Of a stretch of 64,000 nt of DNA, positions 38,272 through 47,513 are shown one piece after another. The DNA comes from Flammeovirgaceae bacterium UBA1842 (GTDB lineage Bacteria > Bacteroidota > Bacteroidia > Cytophagales > Cyclobacteriaceae): the NCBI GenBank assembly GCA_002338655.1, contig DDIU01000049.1:2830-66829 (forward strand), written 5' to 3'. Position 1 is the stretch's first letter. Every line of letters begins with the position of its first letter. The position numbers were made by a program, and so were the translations under genes. The notes beneath the pieces are model-generated. The model searched no databases. It saw nothing but the letters and a program-made list of their open reading frames with translations, and was not told where the DNA came from.

Positions 38272-40011
38272 TTAGCTTTCTATCCAGTTTTTCACCTCTT
38301 CAATATCGGGGTTTTTCACCTCCAATTTCATTTTTTTACGCATCCCACACACATCATTGAAGAGCTTATTGGCATTTGCCTCCTTAAGTTGTTGAAGGGT
38401 AGTAATCCCAATTTTTTGAATAATAGGCACTAACTCCTCCCTAACTCCCTGCTTAACAAAATCGGCTACCGTAGCAACTTTAGGTTTGTTTTCAGGCTTC
38501 ATTTGCGGAAAAAACAAGACATCCTGAATGGAGTTGGAGTTGGTCATAATCATACTCAATCGGTCAATACCGATCCCTAATCCAGCAGTTGGTGGCATAC
38601 CATATTCCAAGGCACGCAAGAAGTCCTCATCTAAGGTCATAGCTTCTTCATCACCTCTTTTTCCCAATTCCAATTGTTCCTGAAATCTTTGTCTTTGGTC
38701 AATTGGGTCGTTAAGCTCAGAAAATGCATTACAAATTTCTTTCCCATTGGCGATAGCCTCAAACCGCTCCACCAAACCTTCTTTGCTTCGGTGCTTCTTT
38801 GCAAGCGGTGACATTTCTACTGGGTAATCTGTAATGAAAGTAGGCTGGATAAGTTTCCCCTCACAGTTTTCTCCAAATATTTCATCGATCAACTTTCCTT
38901 TACCCATGGTTTCATCAATAGGCACATGAAGTTCCTTAGCTGTTTTTCTGAGTTCCTCTTCTTCCATTTTTGAAATATCGATTCCAGTAAAATGCTCAAT
39001 AGCTTCAAACATGGTATACCGTTTCCACGGACGTTTGAAGTCAAGTACATTTTCACCTACTTGAACTTTTGTAGTTCCATGTAAATCCAAAGCCACTTTT
39101 TCTATCATTTCTTCCACCAAATCCATCATCCAATTGTAGTCTTTATAAGCAACATAAAGTTCTACCTGTGTAAATTCAGGGTTATGGAATCGGGACATCC
39201 CTTCATTTCTGAAATCCTTAGAAAACTCGTAAACCCCCTCAAATCCACCAACAATAAGCCTTTTCAGATATAGTTCATTGGCAATACGCAGATATAATGT
39301 CATATCAAGCGTATTATGGTGAGTCTTAAATGGTTTGGCTGCTGCCCCTCCATAAAGAGGTTGAAGTATCGGTGTTTCTACTTCGAGGTACTCCTTATTA
39401 TTAAGATATTCCCTCATAGAATTCACCAATTTAGTTCTTTTAATGAAGGTCTCTTTAATATTTGGATTTACGATAAGATCAACATAACGCTGTCTATATC
39501 TCATTTCTGGATCAGAAAAGGCATCATGCTTTACGGTATTTCCGTGTTCATCCTCTGTTTCCTTTACAATAGGCAGTGGCTTCAACGACTTGGATAGTAT
39601 TTTGAAATCGGTAACGTGAATCGAAATTTCCCCTGTTTGTGTAGTAAAAACGAACCCTTTAATACCAATTATATCACCAATATCACAAAGCTTCTTAAAA
39701 ACGGTGTTGTATAAAGTCTTGTCTTCTTCGGGACAAATATCGTCTCTCCTAATATAAATTTGAATTCGGCCAGAAGCATCCTGAATCTCTGCAAATGAAG
39801 CAGAGCCCATTATACGCCTACTCATTAATCTTCCTGCAATTGAAATATCCTGATATTTATCCTTGTTTTTTTCGAAATTATCCTGGATATCACTAGTGGT
39901 AGCATTAACATCAAAGATCTCTGATGGGTACGGGTTAATACCTAACTCTTCTAGTTTAGTTTTCGCTTCCCTGCGTACAATCTCCTGTTCGCTCAATTGC
40001 ATAGACGTCAT
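38272..40011 (-). CDS. lysS: Lysine--tRNA ligase (class II) with a C-terminal extension
   Basis: [32 protein letters not shown] and [15 protein letters not shown]. Confidence 0.97.
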   Translation of the reverse strand: MTSMQLSEQEIVRREAKTKLEELGINPYPSEIFDVNATTSDIQDNFEKNKDKYQDISIAGRLMSRRIMGSASFAEIQDASGRIQIYIRRDDICPEEDKTLYNTVFKKLCDIGDIIGIKGFVFTTQTGEISIHVTDFKILSKSLKPLPIVKETEDEHGNTVKHDAFSDPEMRYRQRYVDLIVNPNIKETFIKRTKLVNSMREYLNNKEYLEVETPILQPLYGGAAAKPFKTHHNTLDMTLYLRIANELYLKRLIVGGFEGVYEFSKDFRNEGMSRFHNPEFTQVELYVAYKDYNWMMDLVEEMIEKVALDLHGTTKVQVGENVLDFKRPWKRYTMFEAIEHFTGIDISKMEEEELRKTAKELHVPIDETMGKGKLIDEIFGENCEGKLIQPTFITDYPVEMSPLAKKHRSKEGLVERFEAIANGKEICNAFSELNDPIDQRQRFQEQLELGKRGDEEAMTLDEDFLRALEYGMPPTAGLGIGIDRLSMIMTNSNSIQDVLFFPQMKPENKPKVATVADFVKQGVREELVPIIQKIGITTLQQLKEANANKLFNDVCGMRKKMKLEVKNPDIEEVKNWIES

Positions 40012-40240
40012 TTTTAAAATTAGTGTGCAAAGATAGTTTAATCTGTCTTTTTTTTGTCAATGATTATATCAACAATAAAAATTTAGAATATAACATCCCT
40101 ACATGTAAGATTTGGGTTACTTGTTACTCGATTTCATAATAAATACTCTCTAATCACATATAATTAGAACAAAAAGCAATTAAATTTGTACTTTTATAAC
40201 TGAACTCAATGTAAGGTTTAAATACTTTAATCCCGAAAAA

Positions 40241-43200
40241 ATGAAAACTGTTGGCTTTTACAGGCTCTTGTTTCTACTACTGGTAATTAATATTACTAAT
40301 ACAGTAGATATTCTCGCCAAAAATGGACCCCAAAATAAGGATAAGATAATTATCTGCCATATACCCCCAGGTAATCCTGGAAACCGGCATACTATAGAGA
40401 TTTCTGCCTCTGCATGGCCAGCTCACCTAGCACATGGAGATACTATGGGATCATGTGATAATGATGATGACGGGGATCATGATGATGATGGAGATCATGA
40501 TGACAATGATAATGACCATAAAATAACAATTTGTCATATACCTCCGGGTAATCCAAATAACCCCCAAACCATAGAAATTGATGAGTCTGCATGGCCAGCT
40601 CACCTAGCACATGGAGATACTATGGGATCATGTGATAATGATGATGACGGGGATCATGATGATGATGGGGATCATGATGACAATGATAATGACCATAAAA
40701 TAACAATTTGTCATATACCTCCGGGTAATCCAAATAACCCCCAAACCATAGAAATTGATGAGTCTGCTTGGCCAGCTCACCTAGCACATGGAGATACTAT
40801 GGGATCATGTGATAATGATGATGACGGGGATCATGATGATGATGGAGATGATGATGACAACAATAATGATCATAAAATAACAATTTGTCATATACCTCCG
40901 GGTAATCCAAATAACCCCCAAACCATAGAAATTGATGAGTCTGCTTGGCCTGCACATGAAGCACACGGTGATAGCATGGGAGCTTGTTTTAATTATGAGG
41001 AAACATGCTCGCAATCGTCAATACAAGGTGGAAGTATCAACTTCACTGGCCCTTACAATCCAAGTGGTTCAAATATCATTACCAATACAAACTTACCAAG
41101 TAGTCCATTCGCTAGTTTAGGTTTCGAATATGTGTGGCTACAAAGTGAAGTGAATACGCCTAACGTAGTGGGGAATTCTAACTGGAGTTTAGTAACTGGT
41201 TCTGAAAACCTAACTGAGCTTTCCGTTTCTGGTCTGACCCGGAACATGTATTATATCCGTTGCGCTAGAGTTGCAGGTTGTGACATGTATTGGGGAGAGA
41301 CCAATATCGTAGAAGTGGCCGTTGATCCTTGTAAGGCTTCTTACATCGATGGTGGAAGCATCGCGTTCACTGGCCCTTACAATCCAAGTGGTTCAAATAT
41401 CATTACCAATACCAACTTACCAAGTAGTCCATTCGCTAGCTTAGGTTTCGAATATGTGTGGCTGCAAAGTGAAGTGAATACGCCAAACGTAGTGGGGAAT
41501 TCTAACTGGAGTTTGGTTGCTGGTTCTGAAAACCTAACTGAACTTTCTGTTTCTGGTCTGACCCGGAACATGTATTATATCCGTTGCGCTAGAGTCGTGG
41601 GCTGTGACATGTATTGGGGAGAGACCAATATCGTAGAAGTGGCCGTTGATCCTTGTAAGGCTTCTTACATCGATGGTGGAAGCATCGCCTTTACTGGTCC
41701 TTACAATCCAAGTGGTTCAAATATCATTACCAATACAAACTTACCAAGTAGTCCATTCTCTAGCTTAGGTTTCGAATATGTGTGGCTACAAAGTGAAGTG
41801 AATACGCCTAACGTAGTGGGGAATTCTAACTGGAGTTTGGTTGCTGGTTCTGAAAACCTGACTGAACTTTCTGTTTCTGGATTGACCCAGACCATGTATT
41901 ATATCCGTTGCGCCCGTGTTGTGGGTTGTGACATGTATTGGGGTGAAACCAATATCGTAGAAGTGGCCGTTGATCCTTGTAAGGCTTCTTACATCGATGG
42001 TGGAAGCATCGCGTTCACTGGTCCTTATAATCCTAATGGCTCGAACATCATTAATAATACAACATTGCCAAGTAGTCCATTCGCTAGCTTAGGTTTCGAA
42101 TATGTATGGCTACAAAGTGAAGTGAATACGCCTAACGTAGTGGGGAATTCTAACTGGAGTTTAGTAACTGGTTCTGAAAACCTAACTGAACTTGCCGTTT
42201 CTGGTTTGACCCAGACCATGTATTATATCCGTTGCGCTAGAGTCGTGGGCTGTGACATGTATTGGGGAGAGACCAATATCGTGGAAGTGGCCGTTGATCC
42301 TTGTAAGGCTTCTTACATCGATGGTGGAAGCATCGCTTTCACTGGTCCTTATAATCCAAGTGGCTCGAACATCATTAATAATACAACATTGCCAAGTAGT
42401 CCATTCGCCAGCTTAGGCTTCGAATATGTATGGCTGCAAAGTGAAGTAAATACGCCAAACGTAGTGGGCAACACTAACTGGAGCTTAGTAACTGGTTCTG
42501 AAAACCTAACTGAGCTTTCTGTTTCTGGATTGACCCAGACCATGTATTATATCCGTTGCGCCCGTGTTGTGGGCTGTGATATGTATTGGGGAGAGACCAA
42601 TATTGTTGAGGTGGCCGTTGATCCTTGTAAGGCTTCTTACATCGATGGTGGAAGCATCGCGTTCACTGGCCCTTACAATCCAAGTGGTTCAAATATCATT
42701 ACTAATACCAACTTACCAAGTAGTCCATTCGCCAGCTTAGGCTTCGAATATGTGTGGCTGCAAAGTGAAGTGAATACGCCAAACGTAGTGGGCAACACTA
42801 ACTGGAGCTTAGTCTCTGGTTCTGAAAACCTAACTGAACTTGCCGTTTCTGGTCTGACCCAGACCATGTATTATATCCGTTGCGCTAGAGTCGCAGGTTG
42901 TGATATGTATTGGGGAGAGACCAATATCGTGGAAGTGGCCGTTGATCCTTGTAAGGCTTCTTACATTGATGGTGGAAGCATTGCTTTTACTGGTCCTTAT
43001 AATCCTAATGGCTCGAACATCATTAATAATACAACTTTACCAAGTAGTCCATTCGCTAGCTTAGGTTTCGAGTATGTGTGGCTACAAAGTGAAGTAAATA
43101 CGCCAAACGTAGTGGGGAACACTAGCTGGAGCTTAGTAACTGGTTCTGAAAACCTAACTGAGCTTTCTGTTTCTGGATTGACCCAGACCATGTATTATAT

Positions 43201-46200
43201 CCGTTGCGCTAGAGTCGCAGGTTGTGACATGTATTGGGGTGAAACTAACATAGTTGAGGTGGCCGTTGATCCTTGTAAGGCTTCTTACATCGATGGTGGA
43301 AGCATCGCATTCACTGGCCCTTACAATCCAAGTGGTTCAAATATCATTACCAATACCAACTTACCAAGTAGCCCATTCGCTAGCTTAGGTTTCGAATATG
43401 TATGGCTTCAAAGTGAAGTGAATACGCCAAACGTAGTGGGCAACACTAATTGGAGTTTAGTTGCTGGTTCTGAAAACCTAACTGAACTTTCTGTTTCTGG
43501 ATTGACCCAGACTATGTATTATATCCGTTGCGCTAGAGTTGTGGGCTGTGACATGTATTGGGGAGAGACCAATATCGTAGAAGTGGCTGTTGATCCTTGT
43601 AAGGCTTCTTACATTGATGGTGGAAGCATCGCATTCACTGGCCCTTACAATCCAAGTGGTTCAAACATCATTACCAATACCAACTTGCCAAGTAGTCCAT
43701 TCGCCAGCTTAGGCTTCGAATATGTGTGGCTGCAAAGTGATGTGAATACGCCAAACGTAGTGGGCAACACTAACTGGAGCTTAGTCTCTGGTTCTGAAAA
43801 CCTAACTGAACTTGCCGTTTCTGGTCTGACCCAGACCATGTATTATATCCGTTGCGCCAGAGTTGCAGGTTGTGACATGTATTGGGGAGAGACCAATATC
43901 GTGGAAGTAGAGGTATTTGATATTCCTACTGCAACGATATCAGGTGGTGGTCAGGTTTGCGGATCAAGTACTATTCCTATTAATATAGTTTTAACTGGTG
44001 CTGCCCCATTCGACCTAACCTATACCAACGGTACTGAAAATACGACAATCGTTGTGGACGATACCAACTATTCATTTGAGGCTTCGGCAGGTACATATTC
44101 GCTGATTTCTGTTCATGATATTCATTACCAAGGAACAGTTTCAGGTGAAGCTATCGTTACATCTTCTGAAGCACCTACTGCCACTTTATCTGGCAATGAA
44201 ATTGTTTGTGGTCAGGGTACAGTGCCTTTGGAGATTGCACTTACCGGATCAGGCCCATTTAATCTGACTTATTCCAATGGAATAGCAAATACTGAGGTAG
44301 TTGTGAATGGAAATACTTACACCTTCGATGCGCCAGTAGGTACATATAGTTTAGTATCTGTATCTGATGCCAATTGCCAAGGAACAGTAGAAGGTCAAGC
44401 TACTGTAACTCCAGCTGTGTTGCCTACCGCTACCCTTTCAGGCAATCAGGTTGTTTGTGGTCAGGGTACAATGCCTCTAGAAATTGCACTTACCGGATCA
44501 GGCCCATTTAATCTGACCTATTCCAATGGAATTGAAAATACTGAGGTAGTTGTGAATGGAAATACTTACACCTTTGATGCACCAGTAGGTACATATAGTT
44601 TAGTCTCTGTATCTGATGCCAATTGCCAAGGAACAGTGGAAGGGCAAGCTATTGTAACTCCAGCTGTGTTGCCTACCGCTACCCTTTCAGGCAATCAGGT
44701 TGTTTGTGGTCAGGGTACAGTGCCTTTGGAGATTTCACTTACCGGGTCAGGCCCATTTAATTTGACCTATTCCAATGGAATTGATAATACTGAGGTGGTT
44801 GTTAATGGAAATACTTACACTTTTGAAGCCACCGCTGGTAGCTACTCCTTAGTAAGTGTTTCCGATGTAAATTGTAATGGTACTGTTAGTGGCCAAGCAA
44901 TTGTAGGGGTGCATGATCAGCCAATAGCAACAATTTCAGGAAACACAGAAATTTGTGCAGGTCAGTTAGGATCGTTTAATATTTCACTTACTGGAACTGG
45001 GCCTTGGGATGTTCAATACACAGATGGATCTAATACCACAAGCCTTTATTTGGTTGATAATTCCAATACCATAGAAGCTCCTAGCGGGACATACACCCTT
45101 TTAAGTGTTAACGATGCCAATTGTAATGGTGCCGTTCAAGGATCTGCAACAATAACAACAGGTGCTTCTCCAACAGCCTTTATATCCACTGACGAAGTGG
45201 TTTGCGAAGGTGAGCCTGCATTAATCTCAATTGCCTTGACAGGCAATGGCCCTTGGAATGTCGAATATACTGATGGTGTAAATACAACCCAAGTGACTTC
45301 AGCATCAAATTTATATACATTCGAAGCCACCGCTGGAACGTTTGAGCTACTAAGTGTAAGTGATCAGCTTTGTACCGGTACAGTATCTGGAACTGCCACC
45401 ATAACAACAATTGAAAAACCTACCGCAGTAATTTCTGGTGGTGGAATTGTTTGTGGAAAAAACAGAGCAACCATACGAATTGACCTGACGGGTCAAGCAC
45501 CATGGACAGTTGTTTATCAAATTGGAAATAGTCAGGTCTCCACAACGACAAGTAATCCAAGTATTACTTTTACTTCAGGCACAAAAGGTGATTATACAAT
45601 CGCATCCGTTATGGACGCTAATTGTAATGGTACAGGAACAGGCGTGGCAACAATTGAAGGATATCCCACACCTGTTGGACAAATTTATCTTGATGCAAAT
45701 AATTGTGTAGGCACTGAAGTGGTTCTTAACAATAATTTTGAAGAAGGGAATAATTTCTTCAATTGGGTGACCAATGGTTCTGGCAATCTTATGAATGCCA
45801 ATAGCAGAATTGCTAAGTATGTGGCTGTAGAACCAGAAAATGACGTGCAGTTTACCCTTTCGGTATTCAATGGATGTTCTAACTATGAATTCAGAGTGTC
45901 AACTAACTTTGTTGGTGTCAGTGCTGCATTTACAATTATTCCGGAGCCAACAGATGGCAATTTGATCTCTAATGTTGATTACACATTTTCCGCCACTGAT
46001 TTAAACGCCACTTCTTATAGTTGGGATTTCGGTGATGGCAATGGGTCTTCCAACAACACGGAAACGTATGCTTACCCTAACATTGGTAGTTATCAAATTA
46101 GTTTAACTGCTACCAATAGAATATGTACTGATACCCAATTCAGAAATGTAGCTGTAATTGACAATCAAAATCTATTTGTACCTAATGTATTTAGCCCCAA

Positions 46201-46459
46201 TTCTTCCAATCCAGAGAACAATGTACTTAAAGTATATGGGGAGGATCTTTCTCCAGAAGGATTTGAGTTTTATGTGTATAATCGTTGGGGACAGCCGGTA
46301 TACCATACTAGTAATTTGACAAAGGCACTTACTGAAGGTTGGAATGGATTGACCAATAATAATGAAAAGGAAAATAATGTATTCACTTATACACTGCGTG
46401 GGAAGTTTAATAATGGAAAATCATTTGAAAAAACTGGAACAGTAACATTGGTAAAGTAA
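40241..46459 (+). CDS. Giant repetitive T9SS adhesin with PKD and type B (gliding-motility-associated, CHU_C-like) CTD
   Basis: Signal peptide, tandem repeats, YSWDFGDG PKD motif and a C-terminal LFVPNVFSPN...YNRWG..VY...GWNG...GTVTLVK. Confidence 0.9.
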   Translation: MKTVGFYRLLFLLLVINITNTVDILAKNGPQNKDKIIICHIPPGNPGNRHTIEISASAWPAHLAHGDTMGSCDNDDDGDHDDDGDHDDNDNDHKITICHIPPGNPNNPQTIEIDESAWPAHLAHGDTMGSCDNDDDGDHDDDGDHDDNDNDHKITICHIPPGNPNNPQTIEIDESAWPAHLAHGDTMGSCDNDDDGDHDDDGDDDDNNNDHKITICHIPPGNPNNPQTIEIDESAWPAHEAHGDSMGACFNYEETCSQSSIQGGSINFTGPYNPSGSNIITNTNLPSSPFASLGFEYVWLQSEVNTPNVVGNSNWSLVTGSENLTELSVSGLTRNMYYIRCARVAGCDMYWGETNIVEVAVDPCKASYIDGGSIAFTGPYNPSGSNIITNTNLPSSPFASLGFEYVWLQSEVNTPNVVGNSNWSLVAGSENLTELSVSGLTRNMYYIRCARVVGCDMYWGETNIVEVAVDPCKASYIDGGSIAFTGPYNPSGSNIITNTNLPSSPFSSLGFEYVWLQSEVNTPNVVGNSNWSLVAGSENLTELSVSGLTQTMYYIRCARVVGCDMYWGETNIVEVAVDPCKASYIDGGSIAFTGPYNPNGSNIINNTTLPSSPFASLGFEYVWLQSEVNTPNVVGNSNWSLVTGSENLTELAVSGLTQTMYYIRCARVVGCDMYWGETNIVEVAVDPCKASYIDGGSIAFTGPYNPSGSNIINNTTLPSSPFASLGFEYVWLQSEVNTPNVVGNTNWSLVTGSENLTELSVSGLTQTMYYIRCARVVGCDMYWGETNIVEVAVDPCKASYIDGGSIAFTGPYNPSGSNIITNTNLPSSPFASLGFEYVWLQSEVNTPNVVGNTNWSLVSGSENLTELAVSGLTQTMYYIRCARVAGCDMYWGETNIVEVAVDPCKASYIDGGSIAFTGPYNPNGSNIINNTTLPSSPFASLGFEYVWLQSEVNTPNVVGNTSWSLVTGSENLTELSVSGLTQTMYYIRCARVAGCDMYWGETNIVEVAVDPCKASYIDGGSIAFTGPYNPSGSNIITNTNLPSSPFASLGFEYVWLQSEVNTPNVVGNTNWSLVAGSENLTELSVSGLTQTMYYIRCARVVGCDMYWGETNIVEVAVDPCKASYIDGGSIAFTGPYNPSGSNIITNTNLPSSPFASLGFEYVWLQSDVNTPNVVGNTNWSLVSGSENLTELAVSGLTQTMYYIRCARVAGCDMYWGETNIVEVEVFDIPTATISGGGQVCGSSTIPINIVLTGAAPFDLTYTNGTENTTIVVDDTNYSFEASAGTYSLISVHDIHYQGTVSGEAIVTSSEAPTATLSGNEIVCGQGTVPLEIALTGSGPFNLTYSNGIANTEVVVNGNTYTFDAPVGTYSLVSVSDANCQGTVEGQATVTPAVLPTATLSGNQVVCGQGTMPLEIALTGSGPFNLTYSNGIENTEVVVNGNTYTFDAPVGTYSLVSVSDANCQGTVEGQAIVTPAVLPTATLSGNQVVCGQGTVPLEISLTGSGPFNLTYSNGIDNTEVVVNGNTYTFEATAGSYSLVSVSDVNCNGTVSGQAIVGVHDQPIATISGNTEICAGQLGSFNISLTGTGPWDVQYTDGSNTTSLYLVDNSNTIEAPSGTYTLLSVNDANCNGAVQGSATITTGASPTAFISTDEVVCEGEPALISIALTGNGPWNVEYTDGVNTTQVTSASNLYTFEATAGTFELLSVSDQLCTGTVSGTATITTIEKPTAVISGGGIVCGKNRATIRIDLTGQAPWTVVYQIGNSQVSTTTSNPSITFTSGTKGDYTIASVMDANCNGTGTGVATIEGYPTPVGQIYLDANNCVGTEVVLNNNFEEGNNFFNWVTNGSGNLMNANSRIAKYVAVEPENDVQFTLSVFNGCSNYEFRVSTNFVGVSAAFTIIPEPTDGNLISNVDYTFSATDLNATSYSWDFGDGNGSSNNTETYAYPNIGSYQISLTATNRICTDTQFRNVAVIDNQNLFVPNVFSPNSSNPENNVLKVYGEDLSPEGFEFYVYNRWGQPVYHTSNLTKALTEGWNGLTNNNEKENNVFTYTLRGKFNNGKSFEKTGTVTLVK
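40343..40987 (+). repeat. Four ICHIPPGNP...AHxAHGDxxGxC motifs with poly-Asp linkers, 180-bp period
   Basis: Directly visible in both DNA and protein. Confidence 0.95.
41006..43921 (+). repeat. Nine near-identical 324-bp (108-aa) tandem coding repeats
   Basis: 2916 bp = 9 x 324. Shadow ORFs on the minus strand recur at the same period. Confidence 0.97.
43925..45664 (+). repeat. Seven ~83-aa PTA..SG...C.G...LTG..P(F/W) repeats
   Basis: Copies start at 44174, 44423 and 44672 (249-bp period); the outer copies are more diverged. Confidence 0.9.
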
Positions 46460-46460
46460 A

Positions 46461-47510
46461 ATGAACCATTGTAGACTCAAGTTATTTATCGTAGGTATGC
46501 TGTTTTGTGGTCTGCATTCAATACAATTGAAAGCACAAGACGCTGTATTTTCCCAGTTTTTCAATAATACCCTATATCTGAACCCTGCACAGGCAGGGAT
46601 TGAGGAAGATTTTACTATTAGTTTCGGGCATCGTTCCCAGTGGCAAAGCCTACAGTTTCCCTATACAACCAGTCAGTTTTCAGCTATTATGCCTTTTTAT
46701 AAGTCAAAGCACACTAAACCATTGGGGCATATAGGGGCATTTGGCCTTTCTGTATATAAAGATGTGGCTGGTGAAAATAATAATTTCAAAACAACCGGAG
46801 TTAATGGAACAGCCGCTTATAACCTTCCTCTGGACAGGAAATATGTTAATTTGATCACATTTGGTTTGCAGTTAGGATTAATAAATAAGAGAATTGATCC
46901 AGATGGCCTGCAATGGGGAGAACAGTATGACCCTTATGTTGGTTTCAACTCCAGTATAACAGCTTCTGAAGCAAGTAATTTGCAAGGAAGAACCTTTATA
47001 GACATCAATGCAGGTGCTTTTTGGTGGTATACTCCTATCCAAATTGGATCAAAACTGATCAATAGTGCAAATTCAGGATTTAGTGTATCACATTTAAACA
47101 ATCCCAATGAGTCACTTTTAGAGCAAGATCACCAGCAGTTACCCTTACTTTATAAGTATCATGGAGGAATTGTTTTTAACGTTGCTAAAAAAGCGACCAT
47201 TTCCGCCAATTTACTCACAGCATTTCAAGATGATAGCTATCAGAATAACATCGGCACCTATTTGAGCTATAAAGTCACCTCCTATTCACAAGGTAATATT
47301 AAGTACGCCATTGCCAGATTAGGTGGGTGGTACAGGGTTCAGGATTCTTTCATTATTCTTACAGAAGTTGAGACTGCCCTTTTTAAAGTGGCCTTTAGTT
47401 ATGATTGGAATACTTCGTCTCTTAGATATAACGATCGGGGCATAGGTACTTATGAAATTAATTTGTCTTATCGGTTTGCCAATAAAGCGCCAGCTAAATC
47501 TCGTTATTGA
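46461..47510 (+). CDS. PorP/SprF family T9SS outer membrane protein
   Basis: QDAVFSQFFNNTLYLNPAQAG, HRSQW, FSYDWNTSSL and GTYEINLSY. Confidence 0.92.
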   Translation: MNHCRLKLFIVGMLFCGLHSIQLKAQDAVFSQFFNNTLYLNPAQAGIEEDFTISFGHRSQWQSLQFPYTTSQFSAIMPFYKSKHTKPLGHIGAFGLSVYKDVAGENNNFKTTGVNGTAAYNLPLDRKYVNLITFGLQLGLINKRIDPDGLQWGEQYDPYVGFNSSITASEASNLQGRTFIDINAGAFWWYTPIQIGSKLINSANSGFSVSHLNNPNESLLEQDHQQLPLLYKYHGGIVFNVAKKATISANLLTAFQDDSYQNNIGTYLSYKVTSYSQGNIKYAIARLGGWYRVQDSFIILTEVETALFKVAFSYDWNTSSLRYNDRGIGTYEINLSYRFANKAPAKSRY

Positions 47511-47513
47511 CCT

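Noticed and set aside
41053-43839. Series of 64-aa minus-strand ORFs at a 324-bp period
   Set aside because: They are antisense shadows of the adhesin repeats, with no independent start context or coding features.
40241-43921. Tandem repeats as a possible CRISPR array
   Set aside because: The repeats are in-frame coding units of 180 and 324 bp with no unique spacers and no cas genes.
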